This document shows, piece by piece, positions 63,364-64,000 of a stretch of DNA of 64,000 nucleotides. This DNA is from Callorhinchus milii. Taxonomy: Eukaryota. The notes beneath the pieces were generated by a model that was given only the letters and a program-made list of their open reading frames with translations, was not told the origin of the DNA and made no database searches. The stretch covers positions 32,366,001 to 32,430,000 of the forward strand of contig NW_024704743.1 in the NCBI RefSeq assembly GCF_018977255.1, read 5' to 3'. Each line of letters opens with the position of its first letter. The first letter of the stretch is position 1. The position numbers and the translations under genes were made by a program.

Positions 63364-64000
63364 GTATTGTCCTCACGTCTATCGTCCTTCTCTACCACCA
63401 CCAATTATTCCATCTGCCTCGTGCCGGTGTCCTCTAAATTTCTCTGAATCCTCTTCCTATCATTCCTCTGCGCTGATGATTCAGTTGTTAGTTCTCCTAA
63501 ACAGAAAGACTAATCTTTGTTTTCGTGTTCCCTCTAATCATGACAGCCTTCGAAAGACGTTCCTCCCATAATTCCATTAATTTCAACCATGAGGACTGAT
63601 GTCAAGTTTATCCCTGCCACGCGTGCTATATCTCCAGCTTTGCCAGATTTAAAGATCTGTATCCTGATAGTCTGCCTCCTACTGTCTCAAGCTTTGGTGT
63701 GCCTTCTCCTAAAGCATTTTTCCTTGTAAATTGCCTTGTGTTCATCCTATTGCTAAGAAAAGTTACCCCTCAAAGTGCTGCCTATTCAATCTCAAATGAC
63801 CAATCACGTTCAAAGTTCTTGGCCTGATTTATGATTTATGCTTATCGCATGGCTTTTAAACTCATGATCTTCCCTATATAACACAAGCCCCGAAAGAAAT
63901 GCCTACACCTACTCTGTCTTAACCCTTCACATATTTCCCTTAAGGTAAAATGAAACTATTGTCCCATTGTGATGGTACAGGTATATATCACATGTAGGTC

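Noticed and set aside
62000..64000. Expected downstream neighbour (FAM8A1 in human)
   Set aside because: No recognisable coding exon within the window.

Overview
Vertebrate nuclear DNA, probably a cartilaginous fish (inferred from DeuSINE-, L2- and Penelope-like repeats). It contains a complete NUP153 gene on the + strand. I traced 22 GT-AG coding exons by hand from ATG 11030 to TAG 60963; all phases are consistent and give 4446 nt (1481 aa). The protein has an N-terminal pore-targeting region, four RanBP2-type zinc fingers, an FxFG region and a C-terminal RKIKTAVRRKK. Upstream (1439-1719) is the last coding exon of a KIF13 kinesin encoding the C-terminal half of a CAP-Gly domain. This is notable because the human neighbour of NUP153, KIF13A, lacks CAP-Gly. 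The CpG-island promoter region has several tandem repeats, and introns are full of L2/CR1 LINE fragments and tRNA-derived SINEs. Other highlights: an intact-looking type I hammerhead ribozyme in intron 1 with a 14-bp target duplication, a decayed zinc-finger duplicate in intron 15, a non-autonomous Helitron, a Gypsy gag remnant between ~390-bp direct repeats, and inverted SINEs around exon 17. Most ORF-track entries are spurious. Repeat boundaries are approximate, comparisons to human proteins are from memory, and no database searches were run.
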